DNA of 64,000 nt from an uncultured bacterium (GTDB taxonomy: Bacteria > Patescibacteriota > Kazan-3B-28). How positions within the stretch are numbered: the stretch's first letter is position 1; each line of letters opens with the position of its first letter. Below are positions 19,801 through 29,338 of this stretch, piece after piece. The stretch is taken from the NCBI GenBank assembly GCA_963695435.1, contig OY968788.1, positions 54,781 to 118,780 of the forward strand, read 5' to 3'. The position numbers and the translations under genes are program-made. The notes below the pieces were generated by a model that made no database searches, had not been told where the DNA came from, and worked only from the letters and a program-made list of their open reading frames with translations.

Positions 19801-20381
19801 TTGCAAAAGTGGCGGGGATAATAACTCGAGTTCAGAAAGTGTTTACCAAAAATGGGGACGCGATGTTGTTTGTAACGCTGGAAGATTTGGGCGGGACAAT
19901 TGAGGCGATAGTTTTCCCCAGAGTCTTGGATAGCACTCGAAGTATTTGGGAGCGCGACAAAGTCATATTGGTGTCGGGCAAAGTAACGGTAAAGGAGCGG
20001 GCGGAAAATCAAGGCGAAAGCATTGTTGTTTTGACCGAGCCAAAGATTTTGGTTAGTGAGGCGTATGAAGTGAATAACGCGTATTTGAAACAACTGGAAG
20101 AAGCGGCAGCGATGACAAGGCGAGCAGAAAGTCCTTCGACATTTGTTCAGCCTGTCATCCAAAGATTTGAATATACAGCTGACGGGATGCTGATAAAATT
20201 GCCAAAAACATTTACCAACGCTCGCTTGGCAACGCTAAAACAGACGCTGGAAAAATATCCGGGTGAATTCAAAGTGATGCTGGAAGTTTTCAGTAATGGT
20301 CGGTGGCAGAAAATTGCGACTAATACTCGGGCAGTAAAGTCAGCCGGCTTGGAGCAAGAGCTGACTCGAATTCTTAAGTAA
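16863..20381 (+). CDS. dnaE: DNA polymerase III alpha subunit
   Basis: The PHP domain VHLHLHSHYSLLDG is present, along with the polIII alpha catalytic core and an OB-fold tail. The start is placed at the second GTG, 5 nt after GGAGG. Confidence 0.9.
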   Translation: MKFVHLHLHSHYSLLDGLTKIPSLVKKVVEQGGEAVALTDHGVMYGVIEFYKECKAAGIKPIIGNEVYVTAGKMSDREATRGERNYFHLTLLAKDLEGYRNLMKLTTEAHLRGFYYKPRVDHETLEKYAGGLVVMSGCLKGEISQAIIANNLDKAKTLALWHKKVFGDDFYLEMQSHPNIPEQQRVNDGLIALSQELNIPLVATTDSHYLDIDDAEAHDALLCVQTATRVADTNRMSMMNEHFHVSSPEEVIEAFSHVPEAIENTVKIAEKCNLEIPMGKLVFPNFVPPDGKTIDDYFAEQVEIGLKIKFGDTVPADVRERMDYEISVIAQMGYKGYMLTVADFVNWAKDQGIVVGPGRGSAAGSMVSYILRITEVNPLEHGLLFERFLNPERVSMPDIDLDFADDRRAEVIEYVRQKYGNEKVAQIITFGTMASRAAVRDVGRVLGMPYNEVDRIAKLIPPPQQGKFTPLIKHIEEVADLKAMYAESESVKKLLDLSMKLEGTIRHASVHAAGVVIGDRELTYYMPLQYSPSDDKILVSQYSMYPLESLGLLKMDFLGLKNLTIIKNALRIIRKVHGVEVDVTKLPFDDKKTFELLAAANTTGVFQLEGEGMRKNLKELRPTVFGDIAAMVALYRPGPIQFLPDFIARKRGQKKIEYIHPKLEPILKDTYGIAVYQEQVLQIARDLCGFTLGEADVLRKAIGKKNVKLLNEQKEKFIAGGVAHGVRPDIAEQLFHFVEPFALYGFNRAHSVSYAVIAYWTAYLKAHFPNAFMAALMTSDQQDLDKIATNIAECEHMKIRVLPPSVNKSFTGFAVVKETGDIVFGLNAVKNVGQKVSDMIVEERQKNGLYQDLADFVKRAGREAINRKTMESLILAGALDDFGDRKTLFSNIDSILNFSTEHQRQANSNQLGMFGAAEKATRQTIQLSQIEEATDQEKLAWEKEYLGTFVSRHPLKEIMPKLSGIVRSTTTLSGADDGRVAKVAGIITRVQKVFTKNGDAMLFVTLEDLGGTIEAIVFPRVLDSTRSIWERDKVILVSGKVTVKERAENQGESIVVLTEPKILVSEAYEVNNAYLKQLEEAAAMTRRAESPSTFVQPVIQRFEYTADGMLIKLPKTFTNARLATLKQTLEKYPGEFKVMLEVFSNGRWQKIATNTRAVKSAGLEQELTRILK

Positions 20382-20420
20382 GGGAGTGTCGTACTTTAAC
20401 AAATAAGGAGGTGGCCGCAG

Positions 20421-22394
20421 ATGTTGGCCAAGCTATTGTCGTGGAAGATTGGTGGCTTGGCTGTTTTGGCTGCCACCGCTGTTTGGGCATCAGTTGGTCC
20501 AGACAGTATTATTCAGAATAATGTTGTGGATAAGGTACGGGCGACGCAGGCTCTTGGTCGGTTGATGGAGGTAAGCGATTCTGATCCATTAGGCATCCGT
20601 TATCCGATTGTTATTATCCCTGGAAAGAACTCTTCTAAAGATCCTAATGGTCCGTCAGAAAGTGAGATTCTCGAAATGGTCAGAGCGGTTTTGGGTGGCG
20701 ACTGGCAGAGTTCGTATCAAAACTGGACTGGTTACATTTTCGCTGAAGATGTGAAGGTTTACGTTTTTTGGTACAACTCTGATTCGGCTGACCCTGACAT
20801 TGCTCAATCGATGAATGCACTTGTTGAAGGTAGTCCAGATTTGACTAAAGCTGGGATACGGTTTTCAAGTGTGACTCACAGCAAAGGCGGTAATATTCTC
20901 TTTTGCTATTCGGTCCAAACTGATAACCGCAAATTAGATGCCAAAGTATCTTCTGCTGCACCGACCATTGGTACTGGGATGGCTGACCGCAACAAGGTTG
21001 CGCAGGGAATTAGGAGAGCATTCCCCTTGTTGGGGAAATTGCTGAATAAACTACTGGGCAATCGGGGGATGGATTTAGATTCGCCCGGAGTTCAGTGGCT
21101 TCTCCCAAACTATCCTCCAATGATAGAGTTGCGCAAAAAGCACCCATTAGATTCGAGTTGGACGCTTATTGGTGGGAAAGTAAAACCAACCGGGAAAAGC
21201 GTAATCGCTCGAAACCTAGATTTGGGATTTTTGCTCGACCGAACTCTGCTTGAGGGAGGAAATGATCAGGACACCAAGGCTTATCAAGTTGGTGCTCTGA
21301 TTATGAAAGAGATGGGAGTTACTTGTGGCAGTGACGGGGTGGTTCCTTTAGACTCCGCGCTTTGCAGGGGTTATGCCGGTGGGGCAAATACGATAGTCTT
21401 GCCCTCTGACCACAACCACAGTCAAATGTGGTGGGGTAACTCTAGTATGGAAGCTCATGATGCCATGCTGAAGCCGATTATCCCGTACATTTTGGCTAAC
21501 AAAGAAGCCAACAAGAAACTTCATCTGACAATGTGGCTGCCGGAAATGCCAGTAATTAAAATTCCTGAAACTCAAACAGATGGGCTGGAGCAGGCTCGGC
21601 TGGTTTGGGGTAATGAGGAAGGTGGTATTTCGGTGGCGGATAGTCAATTCGCGAACCCGCGCAAACTGTATTTGCCGGAAGGCAGATATTTTTGGCCGCA
21701 GTGGTTTGGAGATGGTTTCGTCGCAACTTGGTCGCACCAAGGAGGCAACGACATAGTTTCTGTTTTTGACGGACAAGTGGTTCAGCTGACTACTGACGGT
21801 CAAAGCTCGCTGGCGACAGCGGGGGACGGGAAGATAGTTTTTCTTGGCAACGGCAACTTGGTTCTGCGGACTGCCGGCGGCTTAGCGAAAGTGTTGGTAA
21901 GGGGCCCGCTGCTTATGGAATATCCACCAGTAATAATGGGCGACAAGGTGTACTTTACTGTTTCCAACTCGCTGGGTGGGGCTGACCTGCGATGGGTCAG
22001 TACGGAAGTCAGCGATTACCCGCTTGCCAAAACGAGATTGGTCGAAAGCCAAGTGACCCATCCGATGAAAATCGGTGATGTGCTCCTCGCGGTCAAGGTC
22101 GGGGCTGACAGCTCTTCCCTCACAGTAGTGACTGGTAAATGGGGGACTTTGAGAGCGACTCTTGCTACTGGGATGAAAACGCTGAACGAAAGTTTTGCAG
22201 GTGGCAGTGTCCCGTTGCCCACGCTCCTGGACATGGACAGCCAAGAGAACTGGCTGTATCTGGTGATAGGTAACGATATCCGTCAGCTAGATGTTGGGGC
22301 TATCGCTCAAACTATCGCTAGCGGCGGCGGTTCGATTACTCTAGACCAGGCTGCAATTCGGCGTGTAACCGGAACGCAGTTTGACGCGAAATGA
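20421..22394 (+). CDS. Secreted alpha/beta-hydrolase-fold protein (lipase/esterase-like) with a C-terminal beta-propeller-like region
   Basis: A signal peptide is present. PIVIIPG and THSKGG form a GxSxG-like nucleophile elbow. Downstream SDGVVPLDSA and SDHNHS motifs are present. AAGGAGGTG precedes the ATG. Confidence 0.45.
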   Translation: MLAKLLSWKIGGLAVLAATAVWASVGPDSIIQNNVVDKVRATQALGRLMEVSDSDPLGIRYPIVIIPGKNSSKDPNGPSESEILEMVRAVLGGDWQSSYQNWTGYIFAEDVKVYVFWYNSDSADPDIAQSMNALVEGSPDLTKAGIRFSSVTHSKGGNILFCYSVQTDNRKLDAKVSSAAPTIGTGMADRNKVAQGIRRAFPLLGKLLNKLLGNRGMDLDSPGVQWLLPNYPPMIELRKKHPLDSSWTLIGGKVKPTGKSVIARNLDLGFLLDRTLLEGGNDQDTKAYQVGALIMKEMGVTCGSDGVVPLDSALCRGYAGGANTIVLPSDHNHSQMWWGNSSMEAHDAMLKPIIPYILANKEANKKLHLTMWLPEMPVIKIPETQTDGLEQARLVWGNEEGGISVADSQFANPRKLYLPEGRYFWPQWFGDGFVATWSHQGGNDIVSVFDGQVVQLTTDGQSSLATAGDGKIVFLGNGNLVLRTAGGLAKVLVRGPLLMEYPPVIMGDKVYFTVSNSLGGADLRWVSTEVSDYPLAKTRLVESQVTHPMKIGDVLLAVKVGADSSSLTVVTGKWGTLRATLATGMKTLNESFAGGSVPLPTLLDMDSQENWLYLVIGNDIRQLDVGAIAQTIASGGGSITLDQAAIRRVTGTQFDAK

Positions 22395-22481
22395 ACCCTC
22401 TGGCCCCTGTTCAAGGACGAACGGGGGCCTATTTATAAAAACCTTGCGCTGGAGGCGCTCTTTTGATAGGCTACTTAGGTT

Positions 22482-23138
22482 ATGAACCTAATTGCTGAAC
22501 CAATTTTGAAACTGTTCCGTAAGTCCGACATCCCCAAAATCGAAGTGGGTGATGTAGTGCGGGTGCACCAAAAAATCCGCGAGGGCAATAAGGAAAGAAT
22601 TCAGGTGTTTGAAGGAATTGTGATTGCAACCAATCACGGTACGACCGCGAACGCCAGTTTCACCGTACGGAAAATTGCTTCCGGAGTGGGTGTAGAGAAA
22701 GTGTTTTTACTCCATTCGCCCAACATTGTGAAAGTTGAATTCAAACAGGGGTCTACCGCCAAGAGGTCTAAACTTTATTTTTTGCGGGCGCTTACAGGTA
22801 AGGCTTTGAAATTGAAAGGTAGTGCCAGCAAAAAGGAAGCGTGGGCAGAGGTGTTGGGTCAGGAAACTGAAGCCAAAACGGAAGCTACAGAAGAAGACAT
22901 CGCTGAAGCGGTTAAGGCCGATGAAGAAAAGAAGGCGGCAGAAGCTCAAGTTGAACCAACTGAAGAAGTCTCAAATATTGAATCCGCAGGGAGCGATGTT
23001 GTTGAAACTCCTGTAGAGAGTGAAAGCCCAGTGGAGGTGAATGATGGAACAGAAAAGCAAAACTCGGGGGAAGAGCAAACAGTCACTGACGAGTCCGACG
23101 CTGGAGCTGGAAACGACACTGAAGGAAGCCGGAGTTAA
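22482..23138 (+). CDS. rplS: 50S ribosomal protein L19 with an acidic C-terminal extension
   Basis: DIPKIEVGDVVRVHQKIREGNKERIQVFEGIVIA matches the L19 consensus. It is followed by a roughly 100-aa tail rich in E, K and A. Confidence 0.85.
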   Translation: MNLIAEPILKLFRKSDIPKIEVGDVVRVHQKIREGNKERIQVFEGIVIATNHGTTANASFTVRKIASGVGVEKVFLLHSPNIVKVEFKQGSTAKRSKLYFLRALTGKALKLKGSASKKEAWAEVLGQETEAKTEATEEDIAEAVKADEEKKAAEAQVEPTEEVSNIESAGSDVVETPVESESPVEVNDGTEKQNSGEEQTVTDESDAGAGNDTEGSRS

Positions 23139-23727
23139 GTTAGTTGCTGGAGTGGATGAAGCTGGTCGAGGCTCTTGGGCCGGACCGGTGGTTGCCGCTG
23201 CGGTAATTTTGCCGACTGATGTTCCCAAAAATACTGGCATCAATGATTCAAAACAACTAACCCCTTCTCAACGAGATGGGTTGTTTTCAAAAATCCAAGA
23301 GCTTGCGGTGGCAGTTGGTGTGGGAGTAGTTGGAGTAGATGAAGTAGATAGGCTGGGAGTTGCGCAGGCGACCTATGTTGCGATGGCACAGGCAGTTGAA
23401 GGGTTGAAGAAAAAACCAGACTTTATTTTGGTAGATGGGTTCAAAGTTAATTTTGCTTCAGCTCCCAGTAGTGGGATTATCGATGGCGACCAGAAGTCAG
23501 TGTCGATTGCGGCGGCGTCAATTGTGGCAAAGGTCGTTAGGGATAGACTGATGGTAGAACTGCACCAAAAATATCCGCGCTTTGGTTTTGCGATTCACAA
23601 AGGCTATGGTACGGCATTGCACCAAGAGCGAATCGCCAAACACGGAATTTGCCCGGCGCATAGAAAAAGCTTCGCACCAGTTAAAATGGTAATGCATCGT
23701 AAATTTACGCAAGAAACCATTGGCTAA
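23041..23727 (+). CDS. rnhB: Ribonuclease HII
   Basis: AGVDEAGRGSWAGPVVAAAV is the catalytic DEAGRG motif. The ATG at 23041 overlaps rplS by 98 nt, so the true start may be later. Confidence 0.8.
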   Translation: MMEQKSKTRGKSKQSLTSPTLELETTLKEAGVKLVAGVDEAGRGSWAGPVVAAAVILPTDVPKNTGINDSKQLTPSQRDGLFSKIQELAVAVGVGVVGVDEVDRLGVAQATYVAMAQAVEGLKKKPDFILVDGFKVNFASAPSSGIIDGDQKSVSIAAASIVAKVVRDRLMVELHQKYPRFGFAIHKGYGTALHQERIAKHGICPAHRKSFAPVKMVMHRKFTQETIG

Positions 23728-24067
23728 TCGTACAATCGGACAATCGGGGGAAGACAAAGCGGCTAACTGGCTCGAGTCGCGGGGTTGGCAATTGTTGGAA
23801 CGAAATTACCGCTGCCGTTTTGGGGAAGCGGATATTGTTGTTTGGGACGGCAAGACATTATTGATGGTCGAGGTGAAGGCGAGAGGGAGTGTTAGGTTTG
23901 GTTCGCCGGCGGAGGCGATAACCAGAAAGAAGCTGAAAAGGATGCAATTGGTGGCGGAGAGTTTTCGGAGGGAAAGGGGGCCGTGGGCGCCTGTTCGTTT
24001 GGGGGTGGTGACAATTTTAGGCGAAGGAGAACCAGAACTAATTACTGATATTGAGGCAGTTGACTAG
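23720..24067 (+). CDS. yraN: YraN/UPF0102 family endonuclease
   Basis: GEDKAANWLESRGWQLLERNYRCRFGEADIV has a classic YraN N-terminus. Confidence 0.8.
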   Translation: MANRTIGQSGEDKAANWLESRGWQLLERNYRCRFGEADIVVWDGKTLLMVEVKARGSVRFGSPAEAITRKKLKRMQLVAESFRRERGPWAPVRLGVVTILGEGEPELITDIEAVD

Positions 24068-24167
24068 GGGGCAACGAAAGAGTACAGTACAGGCGTTGTT
24101 AGTAGCAGGTTTGATACTCAAGCCTGCTGGTTTATGATAGGTATAGTAATGAAGCTAAGGTAATAAT

Positions 24168-25328
24168 ATGGCATCTGAATTTATGGCAGCGATCATGCAG
24201 ATCGCGGAAGAAAAAGGGATTTCTAAAGAAGCCGTCTTGGAGACGGTAGAGGCAGCATTGGCAGCGGCTTATCGCAAAGATTTTGGCCAAAAAGAGCAGC
24301 TGGTAGTAGCCCAAATGGATCCAAAATCCGAGAAAGCTCGATTATTTATAGTGCATAAAATTGTGGAAGAAGTAGAAGACCCGGTAAAGGAAATTTCTTT
24401 GAAGGATGCCAAGAAGGCAGATAAAAAAGCAGAAGTTGGTGGAGAGATTCGCGAAGAGGTTTTCCCACCGGCGGAATATGGGCGGGTAGCGGCGCAAACT
24501 GCCAAGCAGGTAATTTTACAGAGGTTGCGTGAAGCCGAGCGGACAATGATTTTCCAAGAATATAAAGAAAAGGAAGGTCAGCTTATTAACGGTACAGTTC
24601 AGCGGGTGGAAGGGAATGTGGTAATGGTAGATATCGGAAAATCGACCGGTATCTTGTTCCCATCCGAACAATCGCGGACAGATCGTTACTATTCCGGTCA
24701 GCGGATGAAATTTTACATTGTAAAAGTTGATGATTCGGGCAAAGAACCGCAGGTGCTTTTGTCCCGTTCACACCCACAAATGATTGCTCGGTTATTTGAA
24801 ATGGAAGTTCCTGAAATCGCCGGTGGCACAGTGGAAATCAAGGGTGTCGCGAGAGAAGCGGGTGTACGTTCAAAAGTTGCGGTGCATTCACTGCAAGAAG
24901 CGGTGGACCCGGTCGGTTCATTGGTTGGTCGCCGGGGGGTGCGGGTACAGGCAGTGATGGCTGAAATTGGTGAGGAAAAAATTGATATCGTTTTATGGAG
25001 CGAAGATACCAAACAGTACATCATCAACGCATTATCTCCCGCCAAAATCAAAGAAGTTATTTTAGACGAAGTAAATCACTCGGCTTTAATTAAGGTAGAA
25101 GAAGATCAGTTATCGTTAGCGATTGGTAAGGCGGGTCAAAATGTCAGGCTGGCTAGCAAATTGAGTGGTTGGCAAATTGAAGTGGAGAAAGGTAGCCACG
25201 CGGCTGGTCACGCAAAAGAGGTGAGCGAAGAGGAATCGGAATCACCAGAAGAGGTGTCAGCAGAAACGACTGAAGAGAAGCCAGCCGAGGAGCCTGCGGG
25301 TGAGACTCCCGAAGCACCGGAGTCCTAA
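24168..25328 (+). CDS. nusA: Transcription termination/antitermination factor NusA
   Basis: The NusA N-domain, S1 domain and two KH domains are present. An acidic C-terminal tail follows. Confidence 0.9.
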   Translation: MASEFMAAIMQIAEEKGISKEAVLETVEAALAAAYRKDFGQKEQLVVAQMDPKSEKARLFIVHKIVEEVEDPVKEISLKDAKKADKKAEVGGEIREEVFPPAEYGRVAAQTAKQVILQRLREAERTMIFQEYKEKEGQLINGTVQRVEGNVVMVDIGKSTGILFPSEQSRTDRYYSGQRMKFYIVKVDDSGKEPQVLLSRSHPQMIARLFEMEVPEIAGGTVEIKGVAREAGVRSKVAVHSLQEAVDPVGSLVGRRGVRVQAVMAEIGEEKIDIVLWSEDTKQYIINALSPAKIKEVILDEVNHSALIKVEEDQLSLAIGKAGQNVRLASKLSGWQIEVEKGSHAAGHAKEVSEEESESPEEVSAETTEEKPAEEPAGETPEAPES

Positions 25329-25345
25329 ATTAATCAGGGGGCAAA

Positions 25346-27823
25346 ATGGACAATTATTTTCTAGACAAATTTACGACCAACGCCAAGAAGGTGTTAACCA
25401 ACGCCCAAAAGTTGGCTCGTGATTTAGGTGACGCGCATTTGGGGAGCGAACACCTGCTTTTAGCCATGCTCAATGTTCACACAGGTTCGGCATATGAGAT
25501 TTTGAGTAGCCTGGGTGTCAGTGCCGAGCGGGTAGAAATGATGATGGGGCTGGTTCAGCGGGGAGTCGGTCAAAGAGTGGGGCTGACCGATAATGCCAAA
25601 CGCTCCATTGAAGGAGCGGTGCTGGTCGCTGCGCAGTACGGCAGTTTCTATATTGGAACGGAACATTTGTTATTCGCAATGGCGCAGAATCGCGCCAGTC
25701 GCGCATACGCGATTTTATTGGAATTGGGAGTTGACCCGGGAGTGGTGGCAACGCAGGTTGCGGCTTTGATGGAGGCCAATCGGGAGCGCGAACCGCGGGT
25801 GCGGGTTGGGGCAACGGAAGGCAGCAGCGACAGTAAAAGCACGACTCCTATTTTGGATCAATTTAGCGTGGATATTACAAAGATGGCACGGGAGGACAAG
25901 ATTGATCCGGTGATTGGTCGTGATCAGGAAATTGCCCGAGTGGTTCAGATATTAAATCGTCGGACTAAAAACAATCCTGTCCTTTTGGGTGAGCCGGGTA
26001 TTGGTAAAACGGCGATTGTGGAGGGGTTGGCTTTGATGATAAAAGACGGCAGTGTGCCAGAGAATTTGAAGAATAAAAGAATTATGGCAATCAACCCGTC
26101 AGCAATGGTGGCGGGAACGAAATATCGCGGAGAGTTTGAAGATCGTATCAACCAAATGGTGGACGAGGTTACGAAGGCAAAAGACGTTGTTTTATTTGTT
26201 GATGAACTTCATACATTAGTGGGTGCCGGAAGTGCGGAGGGTAGTCTTGATGCCGCTAATATATTGAAGCCGGCTCTTGCTCGTGGTGCTTTGCAGATGA
26301 TTGGTGCAACCACTTTGGATGAATATCGTAAACACATTGAAAAAGATGCGGCTCTGGAACGGCGTTTTCAGCCGGTAATGGTAAGCGAACCAACAGCGGA
26401 CGATACTATCAAAATTATCAAAGGCGTCGGGCAGAATTACGAAAACTATCACAAAGTGAAAATTACCGATAAGGCAATCGAAGCGGCGGTGAACCTGTCT
26501 GTTCGCTACATCAACGATAGATTTTTGCCCGACAAGGCAATCGACTTGATCGATGAAGCCGCATCAGCGGTCAGGATTGCTGCTGGCATCAGCCAGCCCG
26601 AATTGGCAAATGCAGAAAAAGAAGAGTTGGCTCAAGTAGTTTCGGAAAAGGAAGAGGCGATTGATAGACAGGATTTTGAAGGAGCGGCCAAACTGCGGGC
26701 TACTGAAATGCGGTTGAAGAAAAAAATTGAGGCGCTTTCAAAGCAGCACAACAAAGGCAAAAAGACTGATTGGCCGAAGGTGGATGAAAAGGACATTGCT
26801 AAAGTTGTATCGCAGTGGACTAATATTCCGGTAGGGAATCTTGCCGCAGATGAAATTGAGAGACTGCAGGATTTGGACAAGGTTCTAAAGAGCAGACTTA
26901 TTGGTCAGGATGAGGCGGTAGAGGCGGTGGCATCAGCTATCAAACGCTCTAGGGTGGATATTGGCAACCCTGACAGGCCAATGGGTTCATTCTTGTTCTT
27001 GGGCCCGACTGGTGTAGGTAAAACAGAACTGGCTAAAGTATTAGCCGAGGAAATTTTCAAAGATCGTGACGCTCTAATCAAGATTGATATGAGCGAGTTT
27101 ATGGAACGGCACAGTGTTTCGAGATTGGTAGGCGCGCCTCCGGGATATGTTGGATATGACGAAGCGGGGAAACTTACTGAAGCAGTTCGGCGCAAGCCCT
27201 ACTCGGTAGTTTTGATGGATGAAGTGGAGAAGGCTCACCCAGAAGTAATGAATATCTTGCTGCAGATGCTGGAAGATGGTTCACTTACGGATGCCAAAGG
27301 GCGGAGGGTAAGTTTCAAAAATACGATTGTGATTTTGACTTCCAATGTCGGGACGGAAGCACTCAACAAGCAAGCGGTGTTGGGCTTCAACCGAGGCGGG
27401 GATACAATGCAGGACTACGAAAAAGTAAAAGAACAGGTTTTGGACGAAGTGAAGAAAAGATTCCGTCCTGAACTTATAAACCGGTTTGATAAAATCGTTG
27501 TGTTTAGACCATTGGGTGCAACAGAAATCGCCAAAATCGTTCAGCTGCAATTGGGGGATTTGATGAAGCGGCTAGATCGACAAAAGATCAAATTAGATGT
27601 AAGCTTGGCTGCGCAGCGCTGGTTAGCGGAACACGGGTTTGAGCCAGAGCTTGGAGCTCGACCAGTCAGAAGATTGATTCAAACAATGATTGAAGATAAA
27701 TTGGCGGAAGGTATCTTGGCAAAACAGTTTGCCAAAGGCTCGACGGTCAAAGTTGAGCAGGCGGATGATAAACTAGTCTTGAGTTCCGCTCGCCCGCGGA
27801 CGCGGGCTAAGACAGCGGTTTAG
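25346..27823 (+). CDS. clpC: ATP-dependent Clp protease ATP-binding subunit ClpC-type AAA+ chaperone
   Basis: Clp_N repeats, two AAA+ modules (GEPGIGKT and GPTGVGKT) and a short UVR-like middle domain are present. Confidence 0.85.
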   Translation: MDNYFLDKFTTNAKKVLTNAQKLARDLGDAHLGSEHLLLAMLNVHTGSAYEILSSLGVSAERVEMMMGLVQRGVGQRVGLTDNAKRSIEGAVLVAAQYGSFYIGTEHLLFAMAQNRASRAYAILLELGVDPGVVATQVAALMEANREREPRVRVGATEGSSDSKSTTPILDQFSVDITKMAREDKIDPVIGRDQEIARVVQILNRRTKNNPVLLGEPGIGKTAIVEGLALMIKDGSVPENLKNKRIMAINPSAMVAGTKYRGEFEDRINQMVDEVTKAKDVVLFVDELHTLVGAGSAEGSLDAANILKPALARGALQMIGATTLDEYRKHIEKDAALERRFQPVMVSEPTADDTIKIIKGVGQNYENYHKVKITDKAIEAAVNLSVRYINDRFLPDKAIDLIDEAASAVRIAAGISQPELANAEKEELAQVVSEKEEAIDRQDFEGAAKLRATEMRLKKKIEALSKQHNKGKKTDWPKVDEKDIAKVVSQWTNIPVGNLAADEIERLQDLDKVLKSRLIGQDEAVEAVASAIKRSRVDIGNPDRPMGSFLFLGPTGVGKTELAKVLAEEIFKDRDALIKIDMSEFMERHSVSRLVGAPPGYVGYDEAGKLTEAVRRKPYSVVLMDEVEKAHPEVMNILLQMLEDGSLTDAKGRRVSFKNTIVILTSNVGTEALNKQAVLGFNRGGDTMQDYEKVKEQVLDEVKKRFRPELINRFDKIVVFRPLGATEIAKIVQLQLGDLMKRLDRQKIKLDVSLAAQRWLAEHGFEPELGARPVRRLIQTMIEDKLAEGILAKQFAKGSTVKVEQADDKLVLSSARPRTRAKTAV

Positions 27824-27867
27824 GATTTATCTGGTTTTTATTTAGGGATTTATCTCACAACTAGAAT

Positions 27868-28838
27868 ATGATTTGGCAGATTATTATTGGCGCGCTACTG
27901 CTATTCCTGGTGGTTTATGTGGTAATAGCAAAGAAGATCACGATGATTCCTTCATCGGTGTTTGTGATGACTTTGCTGGGCGTTATCGTAGGACTTTCTA
28001 TCGGGACATTGGTGTCGTTGCCTCTGGCAAAGATGTCAGGAGTCTGGGGGTGTGGCTCCCTCTCTTGGTAAACATTTTTTCGGTAGCGATTACTACAACT
28101 TTCTTTTATAACCAGCGGGATAAAATTGGTGAGTCTCTGAACCAGTTCTTTGCGCTGATGAATACATTGGTAAAAGAGACAAAAAAATTGCGGCGGGATA
28201 CTCCAGGGAGTCTCTCCGAGGGCGGAATTGTGCTGGATACGAGTGTAATTATTGACGGTCGGATTGCCGACTTGGCAAAAACGGGCTTTCTTTCAGGCCG
28301 GTTGATTTTGCCGAGGTTTGTGTTGGACGAATTGCAATTGGTGGCGGACTCGGAAGAAGCTATGCGGCGCAACAAAGGCAGACGGGGGTTGGAGGTTCTG
28401 GATGAACTGCGGCATGAGCGGGGTGTTCGGCTGGAAGTAGTGGATGATGATTTTATCAGCGAGTCTGATGTGGACTCGAAGATTATTCGGTTGAGCAAGA
28501 AGTATCATGCTCGGCTGATGACGGTGGATTATAATCTCAATCGAGTGGCGCGGATTCAGAATCTAACGGTTTTGAACATTAACGAGCTGAATAACGCGCT
28601 TCGGCCGGTGGTGCTGCCAGGGGAGGTAATGAAACTGAAAGTAATCCAGTCAGGGAAGGATGTTGGACAAGGCGTTGGTTATTTGGACGATGGGACAATG
28701 GTGGTGGTTGAAGGGGGAGATAAGCACATTGGGCAAGAAGCAGAAGTAGTGGTGACCCGAGTTTTTCAGACGGTGGCGGGGAAAATGATATTTACGATGC
28801 CAAAAGAGAAGTATCAAGAACGTCGTAGAGTGATCTAG
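27868..28838 (+). pseudogene. yacL: YacL-like PIN + TRAM domain membrane protein, interrupted by a -1/+2 frame change at a G5 run (28046-28050)
   Basis: Transmembrane helices are encoded in one frame (27868-28071). The PIN and TRAM domains (ILDTSVIIDGRIADLAKTGFL, RNKGRRGLEVL, VLNINELNNALRPVVLPGE) are encoded from about 28040 in another frame. The match to B. subtilis YacL continues across the shift. Confidence 0.65.
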
Positions 28839-28902
28839 GTTTTTCTTTTTCTGTCATGCTTGAGCGAAGCGAAGCATCTATAATGATGTTTCTTTTTGTT
28901 TT

Positions 28903-29105
28903 CAAGGGTCTCCGCGACCCTTGTATCGCGGTTACTTTGTCTTGTCAAAGTAACCAAACCGTCCCGCCAGTCGCTTTCGCTATTCATCTAATAAAATTAG
29001 CTTTCTGACTTACGGCGAACTCCTCCTTGTCAGTCGTCAAACAGCGCCTTCGTCAGCGCTAATTTTATTGATTCATTACACTCAAGCTCCAATGGCGGAT
29101 GGGAG
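28903..29105 (+). repeat. Intergenic structured repeat element, copy 1 of 3. Two leader hairpins are followed by a core of about 140 nt closed by long-range pairing, ending ctcaagctccaatggcgg.
   Basis: The core 28963-29105 is about 92% identical to 60727-60860. The hairpins 28903-28960 match 34963-35020. Confidence 0.7.
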
Positions 29106-29282
29106 ACAAAAAACAAGTGGATTGTTTCGAATCCGCTATATAGAGAAGGTATGTGCTGCAACTAGTGGGCGACTAGCCGCCTATTTGTCCACCATTAAGT
29201 ATCATTTTGGCTCCTGTAATTCATAGAACAGTATAAGATACTGACATAATAACATATGTCTAAGGGCGAAAAGTGAGCTGAC

Positions 29283-29311
29283 TTGACGAGAGGTAGTTTT
29301 TGTGGTATAAT
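29283..29311 (+). promoter_or_regulatory. Strong sigma70-type promoter: TTGACG, 17 nt spacer, extended -10 TGGTATAAT
   Basis: The sequence cttgacgagaggtagtttttgtggtataatga lies about 28 nt upstream of the TTG start of the surface-protein gene. Confidence 0.6.
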
Positions 29312-29338
29312 GAGCAATAAAACTAAAATAAAAACGGC

